From assembly GCA_965204805.1 (NCBI GenBank), contig OZ242013.1, forward strand, positions 1,103,330-1,167,329: a DNA stretch of 64,000 bases, read 5' to 3'. Below are positions 36,814 through 47,158 of the stretch, piece by piece (position 1 is the first letter of the stretch; each line of letters starts with the position of its first letter). Below the pieces are notes generated by a model that saw only the letters and a program-made list of their open reading frames with translations, did no database searches and had not been told where the DNA came from. The position numbers and the translations under genes are program-made. This stretch comes from Dehalococcoidia bacterium (lineage in GTDB: Bacteria > Chloroflexota > Dehalococcoidia > Lucifugimonadales > UBA3495).

Positions 36814-39309
36814 CTATTCTGCCACTTCACCAAATGCCCCGTTTCGTCTCGGCCTACCAGCTTCTCCCAAAAGTGTTTGCACTCTTCGATGAAGTTCGTC
36901 ATAGTCAACGTTCAAGATGACCTCATCCCGCTCGTTAAGTCTCAGGGCACCTTGGCTTGCTCCTGCGAGGTCTGACACGGCCGTTCGTACATTCTGCTCC
37001 TCTATTTGTTCAAACCCTTCCTGCCTTGCGATCTCCATTGCGACCATGGTGATTTTCCTTGGGCTATTGGGGAGAACTTCGTGAATGTTCCTCAAGGAGT
37101 CGACAATCGCTAGGTATAGTTCGCGAGGTTCCCAAAGTGGCTCCGACAACATCTCGTCAATGCGAGTTGACACGTCTAGTGGGGTAAAGTAATTGACCAC
37201 TATGTCAAGGACATCACGGGCAGATATCTGACGGGACTCCGCTGCCCTTATGACGTCCGCGAATTGTTTGACGGTCCAGCAGGAAATCTTGTCTCGATCT
37301 GCGGAGCGAGCCGCACTTCCGTCTTCGTCTCCTTGATAGCCGGGCGAGACCAATAGACAGCCCTCTGCACCGTGCGCTTCCATATGATTGCCGAGTGCCG
37401 AAAAGTCGATGTCCTTCGCCTTTGGAGTTTTGTCCGACGACTTTGCCTCAAGGGTGATTTTTCTCTCAGAATACGGGAAGTCCGTGAACCTAGCAATTCC
37501 GTCAGGCTCGCCGTTCCCACTAATATGCTTCGCGACAAAGCCCAGGGCACGAGCGCCGGCAACCAAGCCAATCTCTAGCTCCGTCGATCTGTTGGCACTG
37601 TCCTCTATATATGCGCCCAACGCATCTAGAGAAAACAAATGAGCATCAGCGAGGCCCCGTAGAAGCATATCCCTCCTTTCCAAGACTTCACCGATGACAT
37701 AGGGACTTATCCCAGCCTCCCGAAGGTATACTTCCAGCAATGCCTCGCTTGTAACTAAGTCGTGGAACAGACCTTGAGCTGACGGTTCCCTTGCGTAAGC
37801 AATCACCAGTTCATGGTCCTCATTAATCGTAAATGTCGACTGCAAAGGGTCGAAACTGACTAGCCGGTTCGAACGCCCTTTGGCCACATATTTGTATTTG
37901 TAAGAATTGTCCCTGGAACTCTGAGAATACAATGACGCGGTAAGCTCAGCAATATCCGTCGCCGGGTCTACTTCCAGGTACATCCAGGAACCATCCGGTT
38001 CCGTCCCTCGCTGATCTCTTCCATATATCGTCATCGCGTCGGCTGTAGGGGTCTCAACCAACCGTGTAGGGACCCAAGAACGGGTATCCTCGCGTTTACC
38101 TAATTCCCTCTCGCTCTGCCTCTTAAGGAATTCGTCATGCTCATGCCTTGCCTGATTGAAGACCTCATTCAGGACAAATTGTGCATCGCGGTGAAGCTTG
38201 ACGTCTCCCATGGATTCGCGGTTAGCGGTCAGTATGTTGTCTAAGTCATCTATGTGAATATCGGCCCTGAAGCGATTGAATGTTCTAAAACTAAGGGCAT
38301 GCAACCCAAATCGCTCGTCTTCCTCATTTACCAACCGGTCGCGAACGTATACGAAAAACCCGCCGCTCCTACCCAGATCTAAACTCTTTCCTCCCAGAGT
38401 TTCTTTAGTCACGATGACTGCACCCGAAATTCCCGACGGAAACGACGAGGAGAACAGCTTGCCATCCTTTGACGCCCACTCTTCTCCGGTCTTATTCGTC
38501 AATGCCTTTACTCTATCTTCTTCCAAATCAGCCACCTGAAGTTCGACTATGATTGTGTTCCTTTCCTTCGAACTTTCCACTTCCTGTCCGTTTAGGAAGA
38601 GCTTGAAACTTGCTCTCAGGGGCATCGCGGTCCGTAAAACCCATTCGAGCCTTCCTGGCGTTAGGGCGGCCGCCTTTTCTTTCAAATCTTCTAAAATGAC
38701 CATTGTCCAAGACTGACGACTGGCTAAATGCTCTCGGGTTTGTCCAATCGCGTGGACCCCCGAACTAAAAGCCCCCTCTTTCCATAATTCTGCCTCATCG
38801 AGTCTACGAACTCTCAAACCAATGGGTGTTGAAGTTGCGTCCGGGTTGGAAACAAAGTTTCTGTAGTTGATATTTACGGCCAGGTGCTGGGACTTTGCCT
38901 TGGAAATGTACGTAACACGGTTTGCAATCGCATAAGTGGCCAACTTGCCTATGCCGAACTTGCCTATTTGCTTTCTCTGCTTGCGCTTTAGCACCTCTTC
39001 GTCACGGGCCTTAGGCCTCCCCACTTTCCAGAGGTCAGCGAGGCCGGCGTAGTCCATGCCAGTTCCGTCATCATAAACTGCAATAAAGGTTTCGCTTTCG
39101 TCTGCTTTAGGTACAAAGACACGGGCCTCATCAGCCTCGGCGTCGAAGCCATTGACTACCAGTTCTTCGATTGCCTTTGATGGAGACCGATAAAGCTGTT
39201 CCGAAAGCAGGCCAATCACCTCAGGCGACAGATCCACTCGCAGGGGTTTACCATGGGCCTGGCCCAGCGAATCCAGTGCTTCATAAAACGATGATGTGCC
39301 GGTTGTCAT
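36814..39309 (-). CDS. GHKL (HATPase_c_3/MORC-like) ATPase fused to a C-terminal PD-(D/E)xK (Mrr-like) nuclease
   Basis: 831 aa. N box EELVVNGFDAEA, G1 DDGTGM, G2 GKFGIGKLA. C-terminus has GEPDGIARF..KITLEAKSS (D..EAK). Lower G+C by eye. Confidence 0.7.
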   Translation of the reverse strand: MTTGTSSFYEALDSLGQAHGKPLRVDLSPEVIGLLSEQLYRSPSKAIEELVVNGFDAEADEARVFVPKADESETFIAVYDDGTGMDYAGLADLWKVGRPKARDEEVLKRKQRKQIGKFGIGKLATYAIANRVTYISKAKSQHLAVNINYRNFVSNPDATSTPIGLRVRRLDEAELWKEGAFSSGVHAIGQTREHLASRQSWTMVILEDLKEKAAALTPGRLEWVLRTAMPLRASFKLFLNGQEVESSKERNTIIVELQVADLEEDRVKALTNKTGEEWASKDGKLFSSSFPSGISGAVIVTKETLGGKSLDLGRSGGFFVYVRDRLVNEEDERFGLHALSFRTFNRFRADIHIDDLDNILTANRESMGDVKLHRDAQFVLNEVFNQARHEHDEFLKRQSERELGKREDTRSWVPTRLVETPTADAMTIYGRDQRGTEPDGSWMYLEVDPATDIAELTASLYSQSSRDNSYKYKYVAKGRSNRLVSFDPLQSTFTINEDHELVIAYAREPSAQGLFHDLVTSEALLEVYLREAGISPYVIGEVLERRDMLLRGLADAHLFSLDALGAYIEDSANRSTELEIGLVAGARALGFVAKHISGNGEPDGIARFTDFPYSERKITLEAKSSDKTPKAKDIDFSALGNHMEAHGAEGCLLVSPGYQGDEDGSAARSADRDKISCWTVKQFADVIRAAESRQISARDVLDIVVNYFTPLDVSTRIDEMLSEPLWEPRELYLAIVDSLRNIHEVLPNSPRKITMVAMEIARQEGFEQIEEQNVRTAVSDLAGASQGALRLNERDEVILNVDYDELHRRVQTLLGEAGRPRRNGAFGEVAE

Positions 39310-40781
39310 GGACTATTCCTCCGAAAGACCAGGACGTACTCTTCAGAAATGTCAGCGCCGTTGCGCCTTCCGTAGGACATATACCTATTTTTCACTGGGT
39401 ACCAAAATCGGTCCTCCAAGCGGAACGAATTGCCTGCCATCTCCATAAAGAGATCCGAAGTCGGTATCCTGTTGCCGTTCCATTCACTATGACCAACCAC
39501 GAACACAACTGGCCCGCCCTCCCGGACTGTAAGGGACAGCTGACGAAAAACGTCTTTCATCGAAACGACGTAATGAAGAAAATTGTCTGCTCTCTTTTCC
39601 GAAACTGAACGAATCTGATTGTGCCACGTGCAAGCAAGGGGCCCGAGATCCTCCGTACGCTTGAGTAAGGGGTCCCCTTTTGGAACGTTCGGGCTCCCGA
39701 TATACTTCGCCCTCAGGCCGAGCCGTTCAGCAGGAGTTTCGGCCAAACCCAACCAATACATTTCCAACTGATGACGACGGTAATAGTCCACAGCATTGTG
39801 GTAGGGAGGCGAGGTTATGACAGCGTCTACTTTAGTCTTCAGTCGGGGTGTCAACCCCCTCGCGTCGGCATGAAATACGGAGACTCGGGCGGATGGAGCA
39901 CATCCTTCCCATAGCTCCTCCATCGCGTCCAGGGCCTTTAAGACCGCCTTCGAATAGGCCTCTATGGGATTTATGTATCGACCCTTCTCATCCAATCGCC
40001 TCATATGGGAGGTAACCTCAAGCCCTGATACCGGTACAGGATCGGCGTTAGAGACTCTTCTCAAAATTGACGCGAATACCAGTCGGAAGAATGCTCGATG
40101 AGTCTTCGGGATCTCCAAGCGGTCAATTCGGCTTAACAGTCGGGCTAGGTCAACGACCACGTATCGCCGAAACCAATGAAGTAAATTGGGGATGCTTGGC
40201 ACCCACAGACGCTCTCGTGCCAGTACGAAATCAAATGCTTTTGGCCCCACGTCTGTGAATTGGCGGCGGCTGTATTCGGCTTTCGACCTCTCGATCGGCT
40301 CGAGCAATGAACGTAGTTCATCCCAGTAGGATTTAAGGCGTCTCGGCTGGATTCTGTGTGTCTTTACTCCAGCGACAAAGACCGCGAGCGGATCCACATC
40401 GCTGCCTTTGGCATTGCGGCCTTCATATTTAGCTGCCAGCAACAGAGTCCCGCTCCCACAGAAAGGGTCGAAGAGCGTTTCGCCTTCGTTGGTATATTTT
40501 TGAATCAGAGAATGAACCACGGGGGCATGAAATTTCGCTGGATAGCGGAATAGGTAATGGGTAAGCCGAGGAGCCTCAATCGACCCAAATTCAAGTGCCC
40601 GATATCCGCTGGGCGGTTCCCGAAGAACATCGAGAGAACTCTGTCTTCCCTCTATGTATGCACTGCTTGACTGAGACCCCAAGGAATCGGCGATCGCTTG
40701 TGGAACTTCCTTCGCCGTATTTGATCCAGATTTAGTCAATCTAGCGCCCTCGTAGCACAGAGAAGCCGTCAACCTCTGCAC
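39306..40781 (-). CDS. amino (N6-A or N4-C) DNA methyltransferase
   Basis: 491 aa. Motif I LFDPFCGSGTLLLAA, then about 200 aa, then motif IV VITSPPYHNAVDY. Its stop overlaps the downstream GHKL start (ATGA at 39306-39309). Confidence 0.75.
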   Translation of the reverse strand: MQRLTASLCYEGARLTKSGSNTAKEVPQAIADSLGSQSSSAYIEGRQSSLDVLREPPSGYRALEFGSIEAPRLTHYLFRYPAKFHAPVVHSLIQKYTNEGETLFDPFCGSGTLLLAAKYEGRNAKGSDVDPLAVFVAGVKTHRIQPRRLKSYWDELRSLLEPIERSKAEYSRRQFTDVGPKAFDFVLARERLWVPSIPNLLHWFRRYVVVDLARLLSRIDRLEIPKTHRAFFRLVFASILRRVSNADPVPVSGLEVTSHMRRLDEKGRYINPIEAYSKAVLKALDAMEELWEGCAPSARVSVFHADARGLTPRLKTKVDAVITSPPYHNAVDYYRRHQLEMYWLGLAETPAERLGLRAKYIGSPNVPKGDPLLKRTEDLGPLACTWHNQIRSVSEKRADNFLHYVVSMKDVFRQLSLTVREGGPVVFVVGHSEWNGNRIPTSDLFMEMAGNSFRLEDRFWYPVKNRYMSYGRRNGADISEEYVLVFRRNSP

Positions 40782-40995
40782 CCTAAACTTGGCAATATGC
40801 TCCCAGATTATAAAACTAGTTCATCCACAGACATCCACGAACCTGCGCTCGCCTAGCGGTTCCTCAAAGTGCGGCTATCACCACCCCTCGTCATCGAACA
40901 CTTCATCACCGTGCCGCGGACCTGGTCGACCACCACGACGTCGCCCCCGTGGGATTTCGGCGCGATAGTCGAAGTCTCCGGAACGAACGAACCCA

Positions 40996-41853
40996 CTAAC
41001 GGGACCTGGATACAAACCCATCGCTGTCAACGGACTCCAAGAGAGTGTGCTCGATCGAGTGAACCTGGCCCAGCACCGTAATGCTCGAATCGTGCTTGAC
41101 CTGACCCCATTCCGATCTGTCTTCCCTCCACAGACCCCTGACCCTGTTATAGTGGCGCCATTGAGGGGTGTACCAGTTGCCAGGCTCACCTCTGCCCTTG
41201 TCGAAGCCGTGGGAAGGTCCTTGCGTCCCGAGCCAGTAGTCCGTACACCAGTACCAGTCTCCCGGTCCCTTTAAGTACAGCCTTTTGACCAGCAGTGTTC
41301 CTTGCAAGATCACAAGGTAAATGGCGTCATCCCGCAGGTAATCTCGCGAGTAATCGACAAGGACCAAAGTGCCGTGAGGCAACGCCGGGTACATTGACTG
41401 GCCCTTTACTTGATAGATCGCCGACGCCCCAGGGTCGATTCGCTCGCGGTCCAGTTGAGATCGAAAAAACGGCAGCCCCGTAACCTCCGGCATGCGAATG
41501 GAGCCATCGTATTTCCCGCGGGGCCGACTATCGACGTGTACGACGACGATTTCGTCGTCTCCCTGCCATCCTTTCGCCGCTGCAGACAGCCGGTCTTCCG
41601 CCGATGTGGGGTCGTCCGTGAGTCCCAGCAGGTAATCAGTCGAAACCTTTAGCTCTTTGGCAACACTAACCAGACCGTCAACCAACAAACTGGAACGCCC
41701 ACGTTCCACGTGGGAGATCATTTGCTGGTTATAGCGGTCGCCAAGCGCCACCGCTAACTCGACCTGAGTTAGCCCACTCTTTTTCCTTGCGGCCGCCAGC
41801 CTGTCGCCGATCACTAACGCACTCTTCGATAATCCCAACTGTACTTTTTCCAA
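40996..41853 (-). CDS. CI/LexA-like repressor (XRE HTH plus S24 peptidase) with a C-terminal extension
   Basis: 285 aa. ..LTQVELAVALGDRYNQQMISHVERG.. (HTH) and ..VKGQSMYPALPHGTLVLVD..LLVKRL (Ser/Lys dyad context). Confidence 0.8.
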   Translation of the reverse strand: MEKVQLGLSKSALVIGDRLAAARKKSGLTQVELAVALGDRYNQQMISHVERGRSSLLVDGLVSVAKELKVSTDYLLGLTDDPTSAEDRLSAAAKGWQGDDEIVVVHVDSRPRGKYDGSIRMPEVTGLPFFRSQLDRERIDPGASAIYQVKGQSMYPALPHGTLVLVDYSRDYLRDDAIYLVILQGTLLVKRLYLKGPGDWYWCTDYWLGTQGPSHGFDKGRGEPGNWYTPQWRHYNRVRGLWREDRSEWGQVKHDSSITVLGQVHSIEHTLLESVDSDGFVSRSR

Positions 41854-41872
41854 TTCTATGGCAACGTTGTTG

Positions 41873-41900
41873 TTGACAAAACTAACTGGAATAGTATATC
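41873..41900 (+). promoter_or_regulatory. sigma70-like promoter for the cro-like gene (TTGACA-16 nt-TATATC), implying a near-leaderless mRNA
   Basis: TTGACA at 41873-78 and TATATC at 41895-900. The ATG is at 41910 with no SD in between. Divergent from the repressor gene. Confidence 0.4.
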
Positions 41901-41909
41901 GTATTTTTC

Positions 41910-42152
41910 ATGAAGACTGATTCAAATAGTGCACACCCGCTGCGGGAAGCGGTGGTTCGGTCAACCATTAGCCAGGAGAGGTTGGCGATAACCATGGGTT
42001 TTGACCCAGCCGTTTTCAGTCGCATGTTGCGTGGACTGCGTCCAGTCCCCGATGACTTTGAAGGGCGCGTGCTCAAAACTTTGCGGCTCCTGGAGGCTGC
42101 TGAGCGCGCCGCCGACGAGGCACGCCAGAAAGTAATAGGCGGCGTGAAATGA
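41910..42152 (+). CDS. Cro/antirepressor-like small HTH protein
   Basis: 80 aa. ..ISQERLAITMGFDPAVFSRMLRG.. It is divergent from the CI-like gene. Confidence 0.55.
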   Translation: MKTDSNSAHPLREAVVRSTISQERLAITMGFDPAVFSRMLRGLRPVPDDFEGRVLKTLRLLEAAERAADEARQKVIGGVK

Positions 42153-42208
42153 AATCACCGCCCAGATCAACATCCTGATGCAACCTCCCCAAGTTCAGGA
42201 GAAAACCC

Positions 42209-42466
42209 ATGCCCGAACGCCTGGCCTATAGCATCCAAGAAGCCGCAACAGTTCTCTCCCTCAGCAGATCTGGCGTGAAGGAGTTGCTCTATACCGGCCG
42301 TTTGAAGTCCGTCCCCGTTGGTCGCAGAAAGCTCATCCCAGCCTGGGCGATTCACGAATTTCTCAGTGTTGCTGACGTGGCCCCGACCACCGAGGGCCAA
42401 GACTGGGACCAGATGCTGGAGGGCATTTACCTAGCTCCTCGCGAGGACCGATCAGGCCACGCCTAA
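42209..42466 (+). CDS. excisionase-family (MerR-like) HTH DNA-binding protein
   Basis: 85 aa. YSIQEAATVLSLSRSGVKELLYTGRLKSVPVGRRKLIPAWAIHEFL fits the Xis/AlpA-type pattern. Confidence 0.65.
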   Translation: MPERLAYSIQEAATVLSLSRSGVKELLYTGRLKSVPVGRRKLIPAWAIHEFLSVADVAPTTEGQDWDQMLEGIYLAPREDRSGHA

Positions 42467-42899
42467 ACCGTAGTTTCAGACGAGGGATTTGATTTCATGT
42501 CCAACACCATCGTAAGTACTGAAACGCCCTCGACCTTTTCCCCCGCTGCGGCCATCTCGACCTCAGCATGGACTGGAAAGGTTACCTGCGACCCGAACAG
42601 AAGGGGCACCAACCCACCGGCCACGGACGGCTAGCGTTCCAAGCCATCCAGACCTGCTTGGATCCAAGCCGGGCAGAAATGCTCCCAGGACCCAAGGAAC
42701 ATTGGCGGATGCCCAAGCCGACTTTCACCACGTCGGGGGCAAATCGGCGCCATTAGGAGACATTCAAAAAACCGAAAGCCCGCTGGCACCACTCCAGCGG
42801 GTCATCCGGCCAAGCCCACCTGGTCTTGATTCGGTTGAAGCCCTCCACAAACCACCGTGTGGAGAAACCAACGCATAGCAGAATGTTAAGGAGCCTGCC

Positions 42900-43037
42900 A
42901 TGCTAGACAATTATATCCCCATACCCGCAAAAAGCGGAACCCCGGCACCCCACACAAACGGCGGCAAAGCTGCCGCTCTCACCCTCTCTCAGCCCCATCT
43001 CAGGTCCAAGTGCCTTGCCGCGGCGGTGCTCTCATGA
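42900..43037 (+). CDS. 45-codon ORF translationally coupled to the primase-like gene
   Basis: Below the track's length cut-off. AAGGAG lies 7 nt upstream of the ATG at 42900. Its TGA overlaps the ATG at 43034 (ATGA). Confidence 0.3.
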   Translation: MLDNYIPIPAKSGTPAPHTNGGKAAALTLSQPHLRSKCLAAAVLS

Positions 43038-44203
43038 CCGCCTACGACTCCGCCGACTGGCCGAAGATATTGCAGGCCGTCGCCCTTGCGCTGCTGGGAG
43101 ACCCCGCCCAACAGAGGCGTGGTGAGTGGCGCTACGGGCGGCGCGGCTCTCTGGTGGTGCACGTCGACGGCGACCGGGCCGGGACGTGGTACGACTTCGA
43201 AGCCGGATACGGCGGCGGTGTCGTCGATATGCTTCGCCATATCCAGGGCCTGGAAAAGCCGCAGGCCGTCGAATGGCTCCGTGCCCGCGGACACTTCGCA
43301 TGGGACTCACCCGCCAATACCTGGAACCGCGACCACCGTGAGCAAAGAGCGAAACGGTCCTCCCCCGACTCTGATACGACCAAGCGGCTGCGTTGGGCCC
43401 GCTCCTGGTGGAATATCGCCGTCCCTATCCCGATTTCGCCCGACCATCCAGCCCGCAGGTGGCTAGGGCACCGTCAGCTCTGGCGGTCCGGTATTCCCTT
43501 GCCGGCAGCAGTCCGCTGGGCTCCGGCCACAGGCAGCCACAACGGCGCTGGAAGTATCGTCGCCATGGCGGCACGTCCGGAGGCCTGGCTAGCCGCGTGG
43601 CCCAAACTCCCGCCCGTCGCCGCGGTCCACCTCGTACACGTCGACTTGGATGGGAGGCCCGCCCTTGACCGGCCCGCGGCAAACGGCGGCCTGAGCAAGA
43701 GGAGCATTGGCTCGATGCGGGGGGCGGTCGTCATCCTGGGCAACCCACGCCTCCCCGAAAGCATCGGCCCCGCCCATATCGCCGAAGGCCTCGCCGATGC
43801 CTTAGCGCTAGCCAGTAGGCACGAAGGGACGGCGACTGCGGTCCTGGGCACATCCGGGATGACCGACCCACTGCTGGCCAAATGGCTGGCCACCTCCTCC
43901 GCGGGAGTCAAAATCCACTGCGACACCGACCAGGCCAAGGGCGGGCACCCTCCAGCTGGCCGCCGTGCCGCGGCAACGCTCCTGCAGGCCGTGAAAGCGG
44001 CCGGGGGCCAGGCCCAGATAGTGCCGCCTCTCCAGGGTTTCAAGGACGCGGCCGAAGAGGCCGCCGCGGGGCCGGGGTTCAGCCCACTGCCGGAGGCCTG
44101 GATAGACTGCGCTAAAACGTTGGTGGAGACAACCGACTGGCCCCGCTGGGAAGTGGCTCGCGTGGCCACCATCATGCCGCAGGAGCCGAACCATGACCAG
44201 TGA
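43034..44203 (+). CDS. Toprim-domain primase-like protein (plasmid/P4-type N-terminal region)
   Basis: ..GSLVVHVDGDRAGTWYDFEAGYGGGVVDMLRH.. then Toprim-like ..AHIAEGLADALALAS..AVLGTSGM..KIHCDTDQAKG... ATG at 43034 is preferred over GTG at 43010. Confidence 0.6.
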   Translation: MTAYDSADWPKILQAVALALLGDPAQQRRGEWRYGRRGSLVVHVDGDRAGTWYDFEAGYGGGVVDMLRHIQGLEKPQAVEWLRARGHFAWDSPANTWNRDHREQRAKRSSPDSDTTKRLRWARSWWNIAVPIPISPDHPARRWLGHRQLWRSGIPLPAAVRWAPATGSHNGAGSIVAMAARPEAWLAAWPKLPPVAAVHLVHVDLDGRPALDRPAANGGLSKRSIGSMRGAVVILGNPRLPESIGPAHIAEGLADALALASRHEGTATAVLGTSGMTDPLLAKWLATSSAGVKIHCDTDQAKGGHPPAGRRAAATLLQAVKAAGGQAQIVPPLQGFKDAAEEAAAGPGFSPLPEAWIDCAKTLVETTDWPRWEVARVATIMPQEPNHDQ

Positions 44204-45308
44204 AAGGGATGCCCTGGAACTACTTATGGATCTCAGTGCTCACCTGGAGGCATACCCCAAAGATGTCATGGCGCGTGAGAGGCTGCTTACGCTGGTCGGC
44301 GAACACGTGCGCCCCGACGATGTCCGCCGTCTGGCGGAGAACCTGGCGGCCCGAGGATACGAGCTGCCCCGGCGCCAAGCGGTCCCCGACGTGGAGGACA
44401 TTCTGCCGCGACCCGTGCTCTCCTGCGCCGGACTCTCCGGCGCTGTCCTCTCCGAAGGGCAGGTCTGTCTGCTCTCCGCCGAGGGGGGCATCGGCAAAAG
44501 CGCCTTCGCCGTGTCGCTAGCCTTGGCCGTGGCCATGGGCGACGGCATCCAGGAGAAGCAGCGGCTCCAGGGTGAGGTCTTCGACGGCTACGGCGGCCCC
44601 GTGCTCTATGCGACCTATGAAGACCCTCCGCCGGTGCTCAAGAGGTCACTGACCACGCTGTTAAGGAAATGGGACCCCGACAACGAAAGCCGCCACCGGG
44701 AGGTGCTCCAGCGGATTTCGCTGCTGAACCTGTCGGGGTGGCCGCTCTACGGCCCGTCGCTAGCCACCGGCTCATACCACGCCCGCCCGACGACGCTGCC
44801 GGGTTGGCAAGCGCTGTGGCGCGAAGCGAGGGAAGCCCGGCCCCGCCTGATCATCCTGGACCCAGCGCTGGCCGCCTACGTTGGCGAGCCCAACGCGCCG
44901 GCCCCTGTCCGGGAGTTCCTTGCCGCCCTGACCCGGGAGGCCCAGCAGATCGGGACCTGCATTTTCCTGCTGGCTCACAGCACCAAGGCCGCCCGCAACA
45001 ACGCCCGCAACAATAAAGCCGACCCATTCGATGCTGGGTTGGTTGCAGGGTCCGGAGCGTGGGCTGACGGCGTACGAGGGGTGATGACGATGGGATGGGG
45101 TAATGGAGAGGGACAGCGGGTGCTCAGAGTCCCAAAGGCGAACTGGGGGCCAGCACGAATCACCATCAGCCTGGAGGCTGTCAGAGACGACAAGACCAAC
45201 GCCATACTGGGCTTCGCCGCGGACGGCGGCTGGACCTACGGCAGCGGAAAGAAGGGTCCGGTAGCCGATGGCTCCAACGGAAGGGGGGAATATGATCCTA
45301 CAGCATGA
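44193..45308 (+). CDS. RepA/AAA_25-type RecA-like ATPase
   Basis: 371 aa. Walker A SAEGGIGKSAFAVSLA, Walker B-like PRLIILDPALA, ..FLLAHSTKAARN.. It overlaps the upstream gene by 11 nt. Confidence 0.65.
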   Translation: MTSERDALELLMDLSAHLEAYPKDVMARERLLTLVGEHVRPDDVRRLAENLAARGYELPRRQAVPDVEDILPRPVLSCAGLSGAVLSEGQVCLLSAEGGIGKSAFAVSLALAVAMGDGIQEKQRLQGEVFDGYGGPVLYATYEDPPPVLKRSLTTLLRKWDPDNESRHREVLQRISLLNLSGWPLYGPSLATGSYHARPTTLPGWQALWREAREARPRLIILDPALAAYVGEPNAPAPVREFLAALTREAQQIGTCIFLLAHSTKAARNNARNNKADPFDAGLVAGSGAWADGVRGVMTMGWGNGEGQRVLRVPKANWGPARITISLEAVRDDKTNAILGFAADGGWTYGSGKKGPVADGSNGRGEYDPTA

Positions 45309-47064
45309 GGAATTCCTGATGCTTACCTCCTATCACAGCCACGTGGAGGGCTTTTTCTCAGGACGCAGCCCATGGGCCTATCCGTACGCGTTGGTCAACT
45401 GGCAATGCGTCGCCGGACCGCACTACAACACAGGTATTTGGACCGCAGCCGTCTACGTTGCCGATGACCTCGCCGCCTTCGATCAGTACTGCGCGGAATA
45501 CCGGCAGAACCGCCCTGACTGGCAATTGCCCACACTGGAGCAACTGGCCGAGTTCGTGGAGTATCAGTGCCCATCTAAGGCCATCACGGATGCCAACGAG
45601 CGGCTGAACGCCAGCTTCAACAAGCCACTGAGCGTGACCACCGCAGCATTCCACAGCGAAGGCGAAGGGACGATGTCGGACCTCAAACCGAAGACCATCT
45701 GTGCAACGGCTTACGATGGGCAGAGAATGGGGGCCATTTCCCTCGCGGAGATCCTACAGGGCTTTGACGAGGCCCGCCAGGCCAACTCCGAAGTCAGGCT
45801 GAACCCCTTGGCCCCATTGTTGCGCGCCTGGCACGGCCGGTACCGGCCCCCGGACCAGGTCCAGGTGCTGACCGCGGGCAAAGCACGGCTCACCCGCATG
45901 CCAAACGAGATGGCCACCGTCGCTCTAGCGGAATGGCAGGATCTGCCTGTCCAGGCGGAAACGCCGGAGCTGAACCTGCTGATGGCCATGGTCGACGGCC
46001 TCCCGGTGGCCAGCGTCACTGCCGACAAGCCGGAATTCCGCAAACCACGTCGCCCCAGGCGCCCAACAGGGAAGCAACAGCCGCTGTTCGACCTGCCCGG
46101 CAACCGGGACGCCAAAGGACTGGTGCTGCTGCTGATGCGGACCCTGGAGAGGGAGGTCCTGCAGGAGAACGGGGAGATCGACCGCCGCCACTCGATCCAC
46201 GCCGACGTCTTCTACACGCTCAGCCTGGCCTGTGCCCTGACCAGGCCTCTCACGATCAGCATAGACACCTACGGGGCCTGGCTGACAGGCCGCTACACCA
46301 CCACAGGAATCAAGGGCGCAGAGCAAGAGATTCTCCGAAGACGGGCCTTCCGGGCCCTGGACTGGGCTCGGGGGTGGGTGATGACCAAGAAGGGCTACCC
46401 CCTGGCGCTCCTGGACGTCAGCACCGTTGGTCTGCTCGAGGGCAGGGTCGAACTGCAGCCATGGGGCTGGGCGTTTGCCAAAGGCACCGCATCGGTGGGA
46501 TGGCGCCTCACCGGCGCCGTGGCCAACGCCGCCACAAGGGCGGCGGCTGCCACCGACGGACGTACCGGCACACCAAGCCATTCCCGGGCTGGCGGCTATG
46601 GCACCTTCGGGCGCATTGTCGCAGCGCTGGACGACTTCATAGGAGCCAGTGGGCGCGCCAGCAAAAGCGATTCCAGGGACCGGCTGCTGGTCCCGACACG
46701 TCCCGGCGGCCCTGGCCCTGTGGACTTCATTTCAGCTGCCCACCTGATGGCCAGGGCCGGCCTGGTATGGGACCCCGCGGACAAATGCCAGTCCGACAGG
46801 ATGCGCCAGCTCTGGCGGTCCATCGTGGAACGGTTTGACCACGGGGGCTACCTGCTCGGCAGCGGCCCACTGGCTGAAGCCCCAGCAGGCGACACCATCG
46901 AGATCGTCGAGGTGGTCCAGGGCAGCAACAAGAGCAAACCCGGCGGCATCAGATTCCGAGCCTCATCGCGCTTTGTTGAGGCCTACGCGAATACCAAGGG
47001 CCGAAATAACGGCGGTGGCCTGGACAACACTCCCTTGCCCCAGCTATTCGAGGGGCGAAGATAA
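45292..47064 (+). CDS. hypothetical protein (about 590 aa); candidate initiator because iterons follow immediately
   Basis: Long ORF with no motif I recognise. It is the last gene of the primase/ATPase block, and its stop is 32 nt from the first iteron. Confidence 0.5.
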   Translation: MILQHEEFLMLTSYHSHVEGFFSGRSPWAYPYALVNWQCVAGPHYNTGIWTAAVYVADDLAAFDQYCAEYRQNRPDWQLPTLEQLAEFVEYQCPSKAITDANERLNASFNKPLSVTTAAFHSEGEGTMSDLKPKTICATAYDGQRMGAISLAEILQGFDEARQANSEVRLNPLAPLLRAWHGRYRPPDQVQVLTAGKARLTRMPNEMATVALAEWQDLPVQAETPELNLLMAMVDGLPVASVTADKPEFRKPRRPRRPTGKQQPLFDLPGNRDAKGLVLLLMRTLEREVLQENGEIDRRHSIHADVFYTLSLACALTRPLTISIDTYGAWLTGRYTTTGIKGAEQEILRRRAFRALDWARGWVMTKKGYPLALLDVSTVGLLEGRVELQPWGWAFAKGTASVGWRLTGAVANAATRAAAATDGRTGTPSHSRAGGYGTFGRIVAALDDFIGASGRASKSDSRDRLLVPTRPGGPGPVDFISAAHLMARAGLVWDPADKCQSDRMRQLWRSIVERFDHGGYLLGSGPLAEAPAGDTIEIVEVVQGSNKSKPGGIRFRASSRFVEAYANTKGRNNGGGLDNTPLPQLFEGRR

Positions 47065-47095
47065 CTAAAGGGAAGAGAAATAAGCGCCACACCAA

Positions 47096-47158
47096 GGGGG
47101 AATTGTCGTCACGCTGAGGGGGAATTGTCGTCACGCTAGGGGGAATTGTGCTCACGCT
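47096..47158. repeat. three tandem 20-bp iteron-like direct repeats (period 22/21)
   Basis: GGGGGAATTGTCGTCACGCT at 47096 and 47118, and GGGGGAATTGTGCTCACGCT at 47139. A further 2x CCAAGCGTAG is at 47180-47199. Confidence 0.85.
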
